A DNA stretch of 64,000 nucleotides, taken from Eledone cirrhosa. Taxonomy: Eukaryota. The position numbers and the translations under genes are program-made. Under the pieces are notes generated by a model that was given only the letters and a program-made list of their open reading frames with translations, was not told the DNA's origin and did not search any database. The DNA lies in NCBI GenBank assembly GCA_964016885.1, contig OZ024751.1, positions 45,570,001-45,634,000 on the forward strand, written 5' to 3'. Positions 37,501 to 51,439 of the stretch are shown in pieces; position 1 is the first letter of the stretch, and each line of letters starts with the position of its first letter.

Positions 37501-39901
37501 CTTGTATAAAACAGAATTCTTCAGAAATTGAACATGATAAAGAAGATAGTCAAGTATTAGAGGAGTCTATTGATTCCTCCACTATTCTTAAAGACAATCT
37601 CTCTTCTGCTGGTATTGTTGTGGGTGAGGTAGAAGACTGCTCTTCCCACAAAAGCAAAGACCTCTCATCTCCTGTAAATATACTCTCAACCAATTCTGAG
37701 GAAATATTAATAAGTGACTTTGATAAACCTACATGTAGTAGTAGAAGCCCTCCGGCTAAATCTACAGATATTGGTAAATTTCCAGAACCAAATATCTCAA
37801 ACATGGAAGAAATTACTTCAAAACTTCACAGTATAGAAGAGGAACCTGCAGAAGTTGATGGAACTGGTCTGGGAAAGATTTCTTGTGAATATGTGAAAAG
37901 CCAGCATAGCAAGAATTCACTGAAACAAACTGGTTGTAGTAATAAAGAAAATGGTAGCAATTGTTCTTCACTAGACACAGATGATAACAGTGTTCTGAGA
38001 CAAATACAACTCAGTAGAATTACCACAAATAATATTTCAGCTAAACCAAAATATTCACAGAACAATAAAAGTTTAAAGAATTCTATGAACTCAAATTTAC
38101 TGAAATATTTTTCTAAATCCTGTGTAAATAGTAAAGAGGATGGGAACAAATGTTTCAGTTCCAGTGTGTCTTTGGAATGGTCAGAATCTAGAGAAATGGT
38201 TGCTGAACAAACAGAAAAATTAGTGTTGGATGAAACTATCTGTCAACAACAACAGGAGGTTGATGGTAGTGGTCAGTTGAACAAGGGAGATGTCGCAGAC
38301 CAGCAACAGAAGAATGTAGTTGAGAATGGTCAAGGAAGCAGCCTAGTCTGTGATAAATTACAGAAAGTTGATACTAGTCAGGGAAGCAGTTTAGCCAGTG
38401 ATAAACTAGTAAATGAGGTTGAGTCTGGTCAGGGAAGCAGCACAGATATCACTGACGAGGATCAATTAGACAGAGTGACCAGCTATCAGCCCCATGTATC
38501 ATCCAATACTGATCAGACAGACTGTTCAGTTGGCAATGATCTCAGAGTGACCACCTACCAACCACATAAACCGTCCAATACTGATGAATCAGATATAATG
38601 ACCAGCAGTCAGTCACATAAACCGTCCAATACTGATGAATCAGATATAATGACCAGCAGTCAGTCACATAAACCGTCCAATACTGATGAATCAGATATAA
38701 TGACCAGCAGTCAGTCACATAAACAGTCCAATACTGATCAGACAGAGTGTTCAATTAGCAGTGATCAATTAGACAGAGTGACCACCTATGAACCACATAA
38801 ACAGTCCAATATTGATCAGATAGACTGTTCAATTGGCAGTGATCAATCAGACAGAGTGATCAGCTATCAATCACATAAACCATCCAATACTGATCAGACA
38901 AACAGTTCAATTTTTCAGTTATATTCCGCAGAGAATTCTACCAAAAATAGTGAAGCAGCCATTGAAGTGGACAACAGCTGTAACTATGGAGATGACCCAA
39001 GCAATGTGAATGATTCTAGTTGCCAACCTCAGCTTCAGAGGTCACCAAGGTCACTACATAAAGCTACAGAACATGTCGATATAGAGATAGGGTTTCAAAG
39101 ACAAGCAAAGATGTTGACACTTCCTAAAGACACTGGAGTTCCTGCTGATGAGGTCAGTGGTCAATTACCGAGCTCTGTTGATGGGATTGATGGTCAATTA
39201 CCACACCCTGGACAATCAAAAGAACTGTGTCCCATCTGTGATAAAGACATTCTCGTTAGTGACATGGTCGCTTTTAACGAACATGTTGATCTCTGTTTAA
39301 ATGAGGCAACAATCAGGAAAATTCTTTTAGAACAAGGTAAAGAACTGAAGACTTCTGCTGCTCAGAAAAGGTTAGTTACCTCGCACTTTCTTTTTATTTG
39401 ATAAATTTATAGCAGGAGTCACAAACATGCAGCCCCCAAACTACTTTCTATTTAACAAAATCTGTAGCAGGGTGTCCTAAACATGAAATCCTCATAATAT
39501 ATAATCTAGAACAGGGGTCTATATCAAACATTTAACTAATATATATCATCATTGTATTGTTCTGTCATTGATAAATCTATAGCAGGTGTCACAAACGTGC
39601 ACCCTCCAAACTACTTTCTATTTAACCAAATCTGTAGCAGGAGTCCTAAACATGAAGCCCTCAAAATATATAATCTAGAGCAGAGGTCTATATCAAACAT
39701 TTAACTAATATATATCATATATCATTGTATTGTTCTGTCATGTTTTTCCTTGTTGCCTTTTCACATACATAGATAATTTTCTATATTTTTCCCAATAATT
39801 ACAGGCCTGCTGAAAATACAAGCCCAGACACCAGCAAAAGAAAGAAATCCATGAATGATGGTTCCACACCAAGAATTGATTCCTATTTCTTTAGTGCATA
39901 A
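31542..39901 (+). CDS. POLK: DNA polymerase kappa (Y-family, DinB orthologue), about 1374 aa, 11 coding exons
   Basis: Exons: 31542-31665, 33032-33150, 33508-33660, 34062-34650, 35100-35224, 35594-35760, 35909-35941, 36142-36238, 36521-36692, 36922-39370, 39805-39901, total 4125 nt, all GT-AG with consistent phases. Motifs: N-clasp [25 protein letters not shown], catalytic [12 protein letters not shown] and [46 protein letters not shown], little finger GRTVTLKIK and LRLMGVRMS, two UBZ4 fingers and a terminal PIP-like RIDSYFF. Confidence 0.94.
33223..33436 (-). mobile_element. TTAA-flanked non-autonomous DNA transposon (piggyBac-like MITE) in POLK intron 2
   Basis: Perfect inverted termini TTAA-CCCTTTAGCATTTA ... 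TAAATGCTAAAGGG-TTAA. The interior is the reverse complement of the other copies. Confidence 0.85.
39399..39741. repeat. ~170-bp tandem duplication in the last POLK intron
   Basis: TGATAAAT.TATAGCAGG.GTCACAAAC...CATTGTATTGTTCTGTCAT occurs at 39399 and again at 39569. Confidence 0.85.
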
Positions 39902-40239
39902 AAACAGTCAAATATCTGTATATATAATTTTCACTTTGGTAGTAGTAAAAAATAAAATAGAATCAGTCTCTGATTAATTAATTGTCTGTTTTTTCTCTCC
40001 ATTGGTCCCAGTTTGGGATAATACTATGGGATATTACTGATATCACTACAATGGCTATTTCATTAGACATCTGTTGATATCTCTACAACAGATGTCTGTC
40101 ATTACACATCTGGCTTTGTTTTTTAGTCTGGCTAGGGAGATACTTCCTGATGTCAGGTGGACCAATGCCAGCCAACAACTAAAGATTAAAGGCCCTGACA
40201 CAACCAATTATTTTTGATATGTCACATTGAGAATTATGT

Positions 40240-40437
40240 TTAACTCTTTAGCATTTAAACTGGCCATATCTGGCCAGAATTTTCTCACCTCTTTCTGTTC
40301 AAACCGGCTGTAAACTGCCGTTCATACTGATGTTAAGGCATTGTTCTAAAAATAAATATCAAAATCTTATGTAAGGTAACGTGTTTGATGTGAAAATATA
40401 ATAGTATATATATATATAGTGTAATATAAATGGTTAA
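40240..40437 (+). mobile_element. piggyBac-like MITE downstream of POLK
   Basis: TTAACTCTTTAGCATTTAAAC start, family interior, eroded right terminus ending GGTTAA. Confidence 0.72.
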
Positions 40438-40860
40438 GTGTATAGAGGATATTCTCCAAAGTGGCATACCTGGGAGAGGGGGATGAATTAAATACTTACA
40501 AAAGACAGGGAACTCTAGCAGAGTACATACAAAGGACTAGGTGGTAGTGTTAACTTTTTCCTTACCATATTTCTAATGAAAGACACTGTCCATGATTTTT
40601 GAAATATATTTGAAAATAACCATTTAATAAAGTAATTAATTTTATCATTATTAAGCTGGTGTTCGGAACATAACTTAAAGGTTCTTGCATAAAATTATGA
40701 TGGAAGAATGAAAGTCCGTCTATAATTTTCAAATTATTTTGAAAATCATTTAATAAAGTAACTAAATTTGTCATTAAGGTGGTGTTTTAAACATAACTTG
40801 AAGGTTCTTACATAAAATTATGATGGAAAGTTATTAGATATAAAGAAATTATTATTATTA

Positions 40861-41173
40861 ATCCCGCCGAGGTTAACTTTGCCTTTCATCCTTACGGGGT
40901 CGATAAAATAAGTACCAGCAATGAACTGGGTAATTGCTGGCCTTGTGCCTAAAGTAGAAACAATTATTAATACACTGGAGGGCGGTGGATTGGCAGTATC
41001 GGTAGAGGGTCAGACCCCATGCTTTGCAGAAAAGAGTTACGGCCCTTTATGATCCGAGTTCAAATCCCGCTGAGGTTAACTTTGCCTTTCATCCTTACGG
41101 GGTCGATAAAATAAAGTACCAGTAATATACTGGGATAATTGCTGGCCTTGTGCCAAAAGTAGAAACAATTATT
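40861..41173 (+). mobile_element. Two tandem SINE family 1 copies (5'-truncated plus full length)
   Basis: Consensus matches at 40861-40968 and 40980-41173. Confidence 0.8.
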
Positions 41174-42184
41174 ATCTGCCTTTCCATGCTGGCATGGGTT
41201 AGAAATCACACTCAAATACAAGGACAACAACAACATAAAAAAAAAACAACACCAACAACAACAAATGGAAGACCAGTATATATTTTTTGTTTTTGTTATA
41301 TATATTTTTTTTCACTTAAACACAATTACTTTAATAACAAACATCCAGGTAAAAGGATTAGCTGAAGCCAAAAATTGTTTAGGCAAAAAATTTCGGTAAA
41401 TTAAAAAAAAAAAAAAAGTCAACAATACTCCAGACTTGTTTTTTCAATGCAAGAATTGTGATGGGAGGGGAGGGGAAATTAGTTTTATTTTTGGTTAAAT
41501 TTTCAAGGAGACACGTTAATTGATTTTTTTTTTAGTTTTTAAATATCTCTTGTAATTATTCCAGGTGATATTATGTGTAAGCACAAGGTAAGCCAGAGAG
41601 AAAAAAAAAGAGATATGAAGAAGAAGAGAAAAAATTTATTTCAATCTCTTTTTTTTTTATTTTATTTTATTTTTTTTTCCATTTTCTGTTGGTTTATTTA
41701 TTTTTAATTATTTAATAATAGACAAGATTTTTTTTCAGATTTTGGACGATAAATATTTTGAACGATGTAGCATTTCTTGTCGAATAATTAGGGGAATATT
41801 GTTGTTAATTTCACTTTAGCAAGGGGTTTGGGTATGTAAGGTTTTTTTTCCGTAAATCACCCATATGTGTATATATGGGGTTGTGTGTATATACATATAT
41901 GTGTATAAATATATACGTGTATGTATAAACATGTATATGTACATATGAAGATGTATGTATTTATATATATAAATACATACATGTATACACACACATGTAT
42001 ATGTGCATATACAGATATATATATACATGTATGTACACACACACTCACATGTATATGTACATATACAGATATATATATATATACAAGTATATATACACAC
42101 ACATGTATATGTAGGTATACAGATATATATATATATATATATACACATGTATATACACACATACATGTATATGTAAGTATACAG

Positions 42185-42215
<31 letters not shown>

Positions 42216-43382
42216 CAGACACATATATAAATTCGTTGTTCTCAAGGAGTTTAATATTTCCGAACAAGAAAAAAAATTTATTTGCAATTTTTAATTTTTT
42301 GTCTTATTTTTCTGATTTTAATTTTGACATTGTCTGCCATTTCGATAACGAAAGAAATTAATGAATTTTAAAAAATTAATTATAAGAATAATAAAAAAAT
42401 TTCTCCTCATTTCTTTTTTTATTTTTTGGTCCTATTTCATTTTTTTTTTAATTTATTATTTTTTTTGCGGAACAAAAAAGAAAGAGAGAGAGAGAAAGAA
42501 GAAAAATGGTCAAATTAAATTCGGACGGATATGTTTTCATTTTTAAAAAAAATTTTGTTCATGGTTTAATATTTATTTTTTAACAAATTTTGTGTTTCTG
42601 TTAGTTATTCTATTTCCAATGTTTTCCCTTTATTTTTCATTCTTTTCTTCTTATGTGTGCGTTTATGTGTATAAGCATGTGTGTATGTGTTCTTGTCTCT
42701 GAGTTTGTGTGTGTATGATTTATTTATACAAAGATTTACAACAAATATTATATGGTGGGGGTGGTTGAGGGGAAACAAATGTTATTTCAAGGAAGCGAGA
42801 TAAAAACGTTCTGGGAGAAGTTAGAAGAGGAGTAAAAAAGAGAGACACGCAGACACGTAAGAAAAAAATAAATAAATTTTAGTATAAAAAAGTGAAAAGG
42901 AAAAAAAAATAAAAATGACGATAAAATCATCATCATCATCATCATCATCATAAGTAAAAACACTCCCCAACTCTATTTTTTTATTTTTTTTTTTCCATCT
43001 TTGAGACATCATGTAAGCACTGGTAATAGACCCCCATATAAGCATTGGTAGCTGTCTCCTACAGTCACTTGAAATAAAAACAGGAGCAGTACCAATAGTT
43101 TTGTTGGGTTTTTTAACAGACTTTTTGATTCAGATAAATTTAAAGCTTTAAAATATAATAATGTTTTTTTTTAAATTAAAAAAAAAAAGGAAATGAAGAA
43201 ATTCGTTTTGCCTACCTGAGAGGGGCTAAAATGGTTTTAAATATTTTAATTTTTTTATTTTATTTTTCAAACAATACCTATCTACTGTTATACTGTTTTT
43301 ATTGTTGTTGGGATTGGAAATAATGATAAAATGAAAAGGAAAAAAAAATTAAGATCAATGCATTAGAAATATATATAGTATA

Positions 43383-43435
<53 letters not shown>

Positions 43436-44749
43436 ATACATATAATGAAAAAAAAACAAAAGACAAAATTACAATGCTGAGCATATCAGTAATGAAAATT
43501 AGTAGATTGAGGTGGACTAAAATATCCCCCCACAAATTCTAGCAGCATTAATTAACATTAATTAATAGGCTCCACCTACTAATGAGAGAAGTCTGCTAGG
43601 GACCTTGTGCCAACAATACAGTAGCCAAATTTCACTGGACATTCTTCGTCTCTTCTTGGCAGCAACCAGCAATCTTTCTTTAACAGTGTGACCTCCATTA
43701 CACACACACACATCTACATCTATATATATATATACACATACACAAGCCCTTAAAAAGTCGTGTGGTTATTTTGGGTGATATTTGTTTCAATTGCAGCGTG
43801 GAATTGTTCCAAAAAGAAAACACACACACACACACACAAAGAAAGGAAGAACAGAGAATGATTTCCCAAAAATTGAAATTAAAAAAAAAAAAAAAAATTC
43901 CCAAAATTTCTTTTAGAAGAAAAACATTTTGGGTCTTATTAGAAATGGAGATAATACAAACAACATAATATTAAATAAATTAAAAACAAATTTGTTTTCG
44001 ATGGATTGATAATATTACAATACATAAAATATTGGGACTGAATTCCCAATATTTTGGGGTCTGGTTTGTCTTCTTTTTTTTTTTTTTGGCATTTAAAGAG
44101 ATCTTAAGAGCAGCAGATGCAAAGAAATCTGTAAGGGGTGAGGGAAGAAAGGGAGAGAGAGAGGAAGAGATCTTCACCAATTAAGGCACAACGAATCACG
44201 GCATAATTAGCTTTATAGATACTATATTGGTTTGGTTTGTTTTTATCTCAGAAAATTCTGAAAGATTTAACAATAAAACTTCCACTACATACATACATAC
44301 GCGCGCATAAACACATACATGCACGCGCGCACACAAACCACAGAGGAGGCTTGCAATGTGGGTCACATCTTGATTTTTTTGTTTTTGTTATTTTTAGATG
44401 CAGGTTTTTCTTTAATGTTGAGCAGCTGATGAGAGACAAGTATGCCCATGGCTAAGATGATAGCTAACTCATTTTAACTTCAACAATCATTACCACTACC
44501 AACATCATCATCATCATAAGAAAGATCTAATACTTATTCCACAACTTACAATCCCCACCACCAGTGCTAACTAACAGCTACACAAACTGAGGCACATAGA
44601 TTTAATTTAAGTCTCCTGCCCAAAGACACTATGAAATGCCCACAGTAGGATTTGAACCTCTTTCTCCAACCATCAAACCAACAGTTGGAACAAAGTTCAA
44701 CATCTCAACCAAATGGACTTCATTTTATTAAGTAGTAATAGAATAATAA

Positions 44750-45405
44750 TGGTTTCTGATTTAAGCACAAGGCCAACAATTTTAGGGGAGAGGAAAGTCG
44801 ATTAACCTTTTAACATTTAAACCAGCCATATCCAACCAGAATTCTCTCACCTTTTTCTGCTCAAACCAGCCACTCATACCAATGCTAAGGTATTGTTCGC
44901 AAAACAAATAACATCAAAATCTCATAGATTCGATATTATGTGAGATAAAGTGTTTACCGTGAAAATACAATAGTAAATATAGAGTGATGTAAATGCTAAA
45001 GGGTTAAATTGACCCCAGTGCATTCCTGGTGCTTTATCAACCCCGTAAGGATGAAAGGCAAAGCTAACCCCGGTGGATTTGAACTGAGAACGTAAACGGC
45101 CATAACTCTATACTGAAAAAAAAGCATGGTGTCCGACGCTCCACTAATTCTGCCAATCCACCGCCCTAATAATAATTGTTTCTAATTTAGGCACAAGGCC
45201 AGCAATTTGAAGGGAGGGTGAGGGAAGGGAAAAATCAATCATATCGACCCTCAGTGCTTTGACTGGTGCTTTTTATTTTATCGTACCCAGAGGAAGGATG
45301 AAAGGCAAAGTTGACCTCGCCAAAAATTTGGACTCAGAATGTAAAGAGCCATCATTAAAAAATAGCACAGTACTTTGTCAGATGCTCTAACGATCCTGCC
45401 AATAA
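44750..45405 (-). mobile_element. Two tandem SINE family 1 copies, the first interrupted by the MITE
   Basis: GGATGAAAGGCAAAG.T.ACC and GCACAAGGCC.GCAATT blocks at ~44750-45167 and ~45176-45405. Confidence 0.75.
44802..45007 (+). mobile_element. piggyBac-like MITE inserted into a SINE
   Basis: Same termini and interior (CCAGAATTCTCTCACC...CAAAATCTCATAGATTCGATATTATGTGAG). It splits a minus-strand SINE at GTCGA[TTAA]ATTGACCCCAG with TTAA duplicated. Confidence 0.85.
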
Positions 45406-45792
45406 TAATAATAATAAATCCAACAGAAATAAAACAGAACTGGTTTCACACAAGCACACAAGGTCGTCAGTCTTCTTTGTTAGCTAATCAACATGCTGGG
45501 TTATTACAAAATTATCAATAATTCAATATTAATGGGGATTTTTTTTTCTCTCTTTCTTTTTATTGGCAGAAGGCTATAAATTTTTTACAGTCGATTGAAT
45601 CTAGCTTTAGTACATATTGGCTGTATGTGTGTGTATATAATATATATATACACACACACATACATATATATATACCACAGTTTAACGTCCATTTTTCCAT
45701 GCTATCATGGGTTAGACAAGTTGTCCCGCTGTGAAACAAATCAGATCAGATGACCGAGTCTTGCTCTTACAGAATTGTTTCTAGATTGACAT

Positions 45793-45870
<78 letters not shown>

Positions 45871-46092
45871 TCTATTTCCTATTAAAGCATAGGTTAGCAT
45901 TGTAGACTATCATAAAAGGGTTTTTTTCTGAGTAAATGCTTTACAGCAGGATGCCCTTCCTATTGTCAACCCTTTAGCCGTCTCTATAGTTAATTTAGTA
46001 GGCAATCAATGTTTATCAGTGATTGACCAACAGTTAAAAATATAGATATAAATATATAAACATATATATAGTCTATCGAAAAACCTTGCAAA

Positions 46093-46147
<55 letters not shown>

Positions 46148-46857
46148 GCACGTACGCAATCTTATCATTTCTGATCAAAAAAAGACAAAGAAAAAATATT
46201 GTGACTTAGTTATGTGGTGAGGTGTGTTAGCATGTAGTGTTGTATATATACATATATAGTGTGTTGAATACACACATATAAGGTATGTGGTGTTGTATAT
46301 ACACATATAAGGTATGAAGTAGGTTGTATACACACACATATAAGGTATGTGGAGTTATACATACATATATGGTGTGTAGTGTGTTATATATGGTGTATTG
46401 TATGTAGACATGTGGTGTGTAGTATGTTGTATATACACATATATATGGTGTATGGTATTGTGTGGACATAAATACATGTTTTGGGAGTATTGGATTGTCC
46501 CCAGTCAGCATCTTTCATCATCATCATCATCATCATCATCATGTGAGAATTATTATTATCCTTCTGTTTATATATATAATCATGTAGCACCAATATTGTG
46601 GGCAGCCTATAGGCAGGACTTCAGCTTGGCACCAGATTAAACAAACAGAATCAGTGAACGACAACAATACATGTGTTTGAATTATGAGAAACACATATAT
46701 ATATATAAATATATATATATATGAATATATATAAATATATATATATATATATATGTGTGTCTGTGTGTGTGCGTGCAAAAAAAAGTAAACAAAAAAAAAA
46801 GCAGACAACACAATACAATGAATATATTAGTTTAACGCTTGTTATAGTAGGAAAAGA

Positions 46858-46895
46858 ATCTCAACGTTTCGGACACTAGTCCTTCATCAGAAGAT
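46858..46895 (-). ncRNA. Minimal type-I hammerhead ribozyme motif (Penelope-like element associated)
   Basis: The minus strand reads AUCUU-CUGAUGA-A-GGAC(UAGU)GUCC-GAAA-CG-UU-GAGAU. It has an intact core, a 4-bp stem II, a 5-bp stem I (AUCUU/GAGAU) and a palindromic ACGU stem III. Confidence 0.65.
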
Positions 46896-47796
46896 AGAAT
46901 GAGAAGTAAAAGATGAACCAGAAGGATAGAGAGTGAGATTAATATATATATAAAACATTATCTGTTGGTTGCAACTCCTGGCAGAAGAAACAAGGAGAAA
47001 TATAGTATTTTGCTCAAGAACACACATGTTGCCCGATCCAGGAACTAAACCCACAACCTCATGATTCTGAGTCCACCACCCTAACCATTTAACCACATGC
47101 CTTCACTTTTGGTATCAAAAGGGCTAATATTTGATGTCATTATTTTTATTATTATTATTATTATCAACCTCTGATTTAGTTAATAATAAAAAATAAACAT
47201 GTTTAAAAAAAAGGGAAAATCAGTTTTAAGTGGTACAGTAAGATTTCAAAGAGATCGAGGAGAGAGAGGGGGGGAGGGGTCCATGCATTTGTGTTTATTT
47301 TTAAATATGAGATTTTTTAAAATTATTTTTTTTTTGTCTTTTTTCAAAAAGTTAAGAAAAAAATGAAGGAGAAAAGGAGAAGGAAGAAAAATATAATTTC
47401 AAATCACTTTTTGTATCACATTTATAAAATGGTATATATGTATGTGAATGTATATATATATATATATATGTATATATATACATATTTATATATATATATA
47501 TATATTTATATATATACATATTTATATATATATATATATATTTATATATATACATACATGTATATATATACATATATGTGAGTGTGTGTATACACTGAAT
47601 AAGAGATCAAAAAGAGACAAAGAGAGCATATGAAGGAATAAAGCAAGATTATATGTGAAAAGTAGAGAGAAAAAACATGCAGAGGTGGTGTGTAATTGGA
47701 AGGGAGGGGTGTTACTGGACAGAAGTAAAGAAAGCAGATGTCATTGGAGACCCAAGGATTTATATGTTAGGAACTGGTCTGATGAAGTGGAGATAT

Positions 47797-48128
47797 TTTA
47801 GATGTCCCTTCAGATGTAAGGGATAGTTAGATGCCTCCTCAGATGTAGGGTACAGTTAGATATTCCCCCAGATGTACAGGACAGTTTGATGTCTCCTCGA
47901 TATAGGGGACAGTTAGATGTCCCCTCAGACGTAGGGGACAGTTAAAAGTCTTTTTAGAATTAGGGAGATGGTCAGATATCTCTTAAGAAGTAGGGAGATG
48001 GTCATATGTCCCTTCGTATATAGGGGACAGTTAGATGTCCCTTTAGAAGTAGAGAGACGGTCAGATGTCCCTTCAAATATAGGGGACAATCAGATGTCCC
48101 CTGAGAATTAGGGAGACAAATGTCCCTT
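47797..48128. repeat. Degenerate ~30-bp repeat with an internal GGGGACA..TGTCCCC palindrome
   Basis: About 11 units of TAGGG(G)ACAGTTAGATGTCCCYTCAGA. Confidence 0.75.
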
Positions 48129-50576
48129 CATAAAATGTTAGCAGAATATACATTACATTTCATGGAAGACAGCAGTTTCTTGTGTGTGAGAGAAAGAGAG
48201 GGTTTGTGTGTGTGTGTATAAATATGAAAACCTCCTTCAGTCATCACTGACCATGGGTTTTGCACCTGTAAAGCTCCTCTCCAAGGTACAAGGTACCTGG
48301 GTAAGGTGTGTTGTGCGTAAGACCAGCAATCACCCATGCACACCAGTCTGACCTCTCCGTATATGGTGTGTAGAATGTGAGTAAAGCCTCTTACAGAAAC
48401 CCACAAATAACATGGCCAATCTCCCTTTCATTTTGAAATTGTGGAAAAACAGTTTCAATTAGAGAGGAAACTGGATGACGATAGTGATGATGATGATGAT
48501 GACGGTTATGTGAGTAGTAGTAGTAGTAATGGTGGTGATAGTAGTAGTGGCGGTGGTAGTAATAGTAGTAGTAATGGTGGTGGTAGTAATAGTAGTAGTG
48601 GTAGTAATAGTAGTAGTAGTAGTAGTAGTAGTAATGGTGGTGGTGGTAGTAGTAGTAAATTTATATCTGAGTAGTCAGAACTTTGAGAGAAAATATTTAC
48701 TTGAACATCAACGGGTGTATAACTCTCAGAGTAGTAAGACAATTAAGTTGAATTATGTTTAGGTGTAAATATATTTCAGTATAAAGATGTTACACATACA
48801 TACATACATACATACACACATGTAGAACTATATCTATGTAATGATAACAAGAAGCAAGAACGAAGTATCAATATATCAATATGTTTATTGATACTTGATT
48901 TCTGCTCCCTATTATTATTATTTCAGTATTAATAGGGCGTCAGACACCATGCTTTGTAGCATAGGAGTTATGGCTCTTTATGGTATGAGTTCAAATCCCG
49001 CCAAGTTTAACTTTGCTTTTCATCCTCACGGAGTAGATAAAATAAAGCTCCAGTAATGTACTGGGGTAATTGCTGGCCTTGTGCCAAAAGTAGAAACATT
49101 ATTATTACTAACAAATACACTGTTTCTTAAGGACACCAATTATGGTGAAGTACCAAACGTAGAATTCCACATTTGTAGGCAGATCCACATATTAGCTTAG
49201 AGTGATAAACTGGTGAACCATCAGTAACTAAACATTACACACCAATACACTATATGTAGGTGTATATACACACACATCACATACATACACCTACATTATA
49301 TGTGTTTCCAGTATAAAATAGATACATTGTATCCGTGTGTGTCACAAGAAGTGACTAAAAGGATTGGTGTCATTGCCTCAAAAATTCCCGTTCAACCCAT
49401 GCCAGCATGAAAAAGTCTATCTTTATATATACATACGTATGTGTGGAATGCACTATATATATATATATCCTTACAAAGAATACATTATATTAAATATACA
49501 TTCTCTACAATAGTAAGAAAAACCAAAAAGTATGTGTGTGTGTATATATGTATATATATATGTGTGTGTGTCTTACCATTCTACATCCATTTCTTCCATG
49601 CTAGCATGTGTAGGGTGGTTTTATTGGTTGCCCCAACTCCCCATAAAGATAGAAAGATGGGTAGAAACAAACTCGATTGTGAAGTAGAGATGGAACATCT
49701 CTGCTTGTTGAGTCAAACTGGTGAAAACAGAGTTATGTGCCCTTGCGCCCAACACACAACACACCTTTCCACGCTAGTATTGGTGTGTATGAGTGTCCAG
49801 TATACACGACTGTCACCATAGCAACAGATATAGAGATGTGGTGATGGTGGCTGTAATGATAGATAGTACTGGTAGCGGTGACGGTAGGTGCACTGGTAGT
49901 GGTGGTGAGGGTGGGTGCCAATGGTGATAGTAGTAGTGGCGGTGAAGGTTGTATATTCTTGCATTGTTTTCAGTTACAAAGGGGATATGGGAGGGGGGAA
50001 GAGAGGGGGGATTTTTAATTAGTTAACAATTAATAGAAAATGTGGTAAAATTGTGGAGAAGAGTGTGAGGTGATAGGAGTGAGAGAACTGGGCAGTGGTG
50101 GTGGTGGTGGTGATGTGGACTCACTGAAACCAGTTTCAGAAACAATGTCTTCGAGATGGAGAGAGGGGAGACAGCAAAGAATAAATAAAAATGATAATTA
50201 ATTTGGGGTATAAAAATTAAAACCCAACCTGTCAAATAAAAGCAGAGAGAGAGAGAGATAGAGAGAGATTGACAGGCAGATAAATAAAGAGAGAGGGGGA
50301 GGCTGTCAGATAGATATAAAGATGAAAGGGAGGAATGGTGGAGAAAGAAAGACAGATTGATATAGAGAGGAAGGGAGAATGGGGAAAGAGATAAATAGAT
50401 AGCTATAGAGAAGACAGGTAAGAAAAACAACAACATGCACCAAAAAGAGCAAAGTTGAGTAAGAAAAATGTACACAAGTGTATTTAAGTGTGTTTATATA
50501 CACACATACAATCATAGCATGATAGCATGACATATAGTATAACTGTGTATAACCATTTGAGCATGTATATATGTAT

Positions 50577-50633
<57 letters not shown>

Positions 50634-50776
50634 TATATATACACATACATCTATATATATATAGGTATACAACTGAATATGTGTTTATATATTTATAAGA
50701 TCCTGTTTAGAGTGAAAGCAGCAATTCTTTGCTTAAACTTTAATCTGTTATTTTAATAAATATTTATATATATATG

Positions 50777-50809
<33 letters not shown>

Positions 50810-50907
50810 CCATGTTATTGACGGATATGAGACTGTGTACTCAATACCAAAGTAGAGTTCCAATATTCATTTATTATGGCTAAGTGGTGAGCCTTGTTAA
50901 TTTGGAG

Positions 50908-50956
<49 letters not shown>

Positions 50957-51388
50957 CATACATACACACACAGATTTATATACATACATATACACTATAT
51001 ACACATACGTAAAAAAAAAGGGGGGGGGGTAGATTGGCATAAAAAACTGTCCAAAAGTAATGAATGAAATATATATTTAAAAGACCTTGTATAGTTGAAG
51101 GAAAGCTGGAGAGAGAAAAAATATAAGAAGAAACATTCATCAGTAATTTTGTGTCACGTGATTAGATCTGAGCAAAATTTAGGGGTCAGTATTAGGGACA
51201 AGAAAGAGAAAAAGATGACCATAATAACGGGAGCAGGGTTAGTAACAAAACAACCATGTTAAAATTGTCTCTCTTTTTTTTTTTAAATTACATAAAAATC
51301 CATACATGCTCGTTCGTGGTTGTTCATCGAATGCAATGTCACACCTATATACACCTACACTCATACATATGTATAAACATATATATAT

Positions 51389-51439
<51 letters not shown>

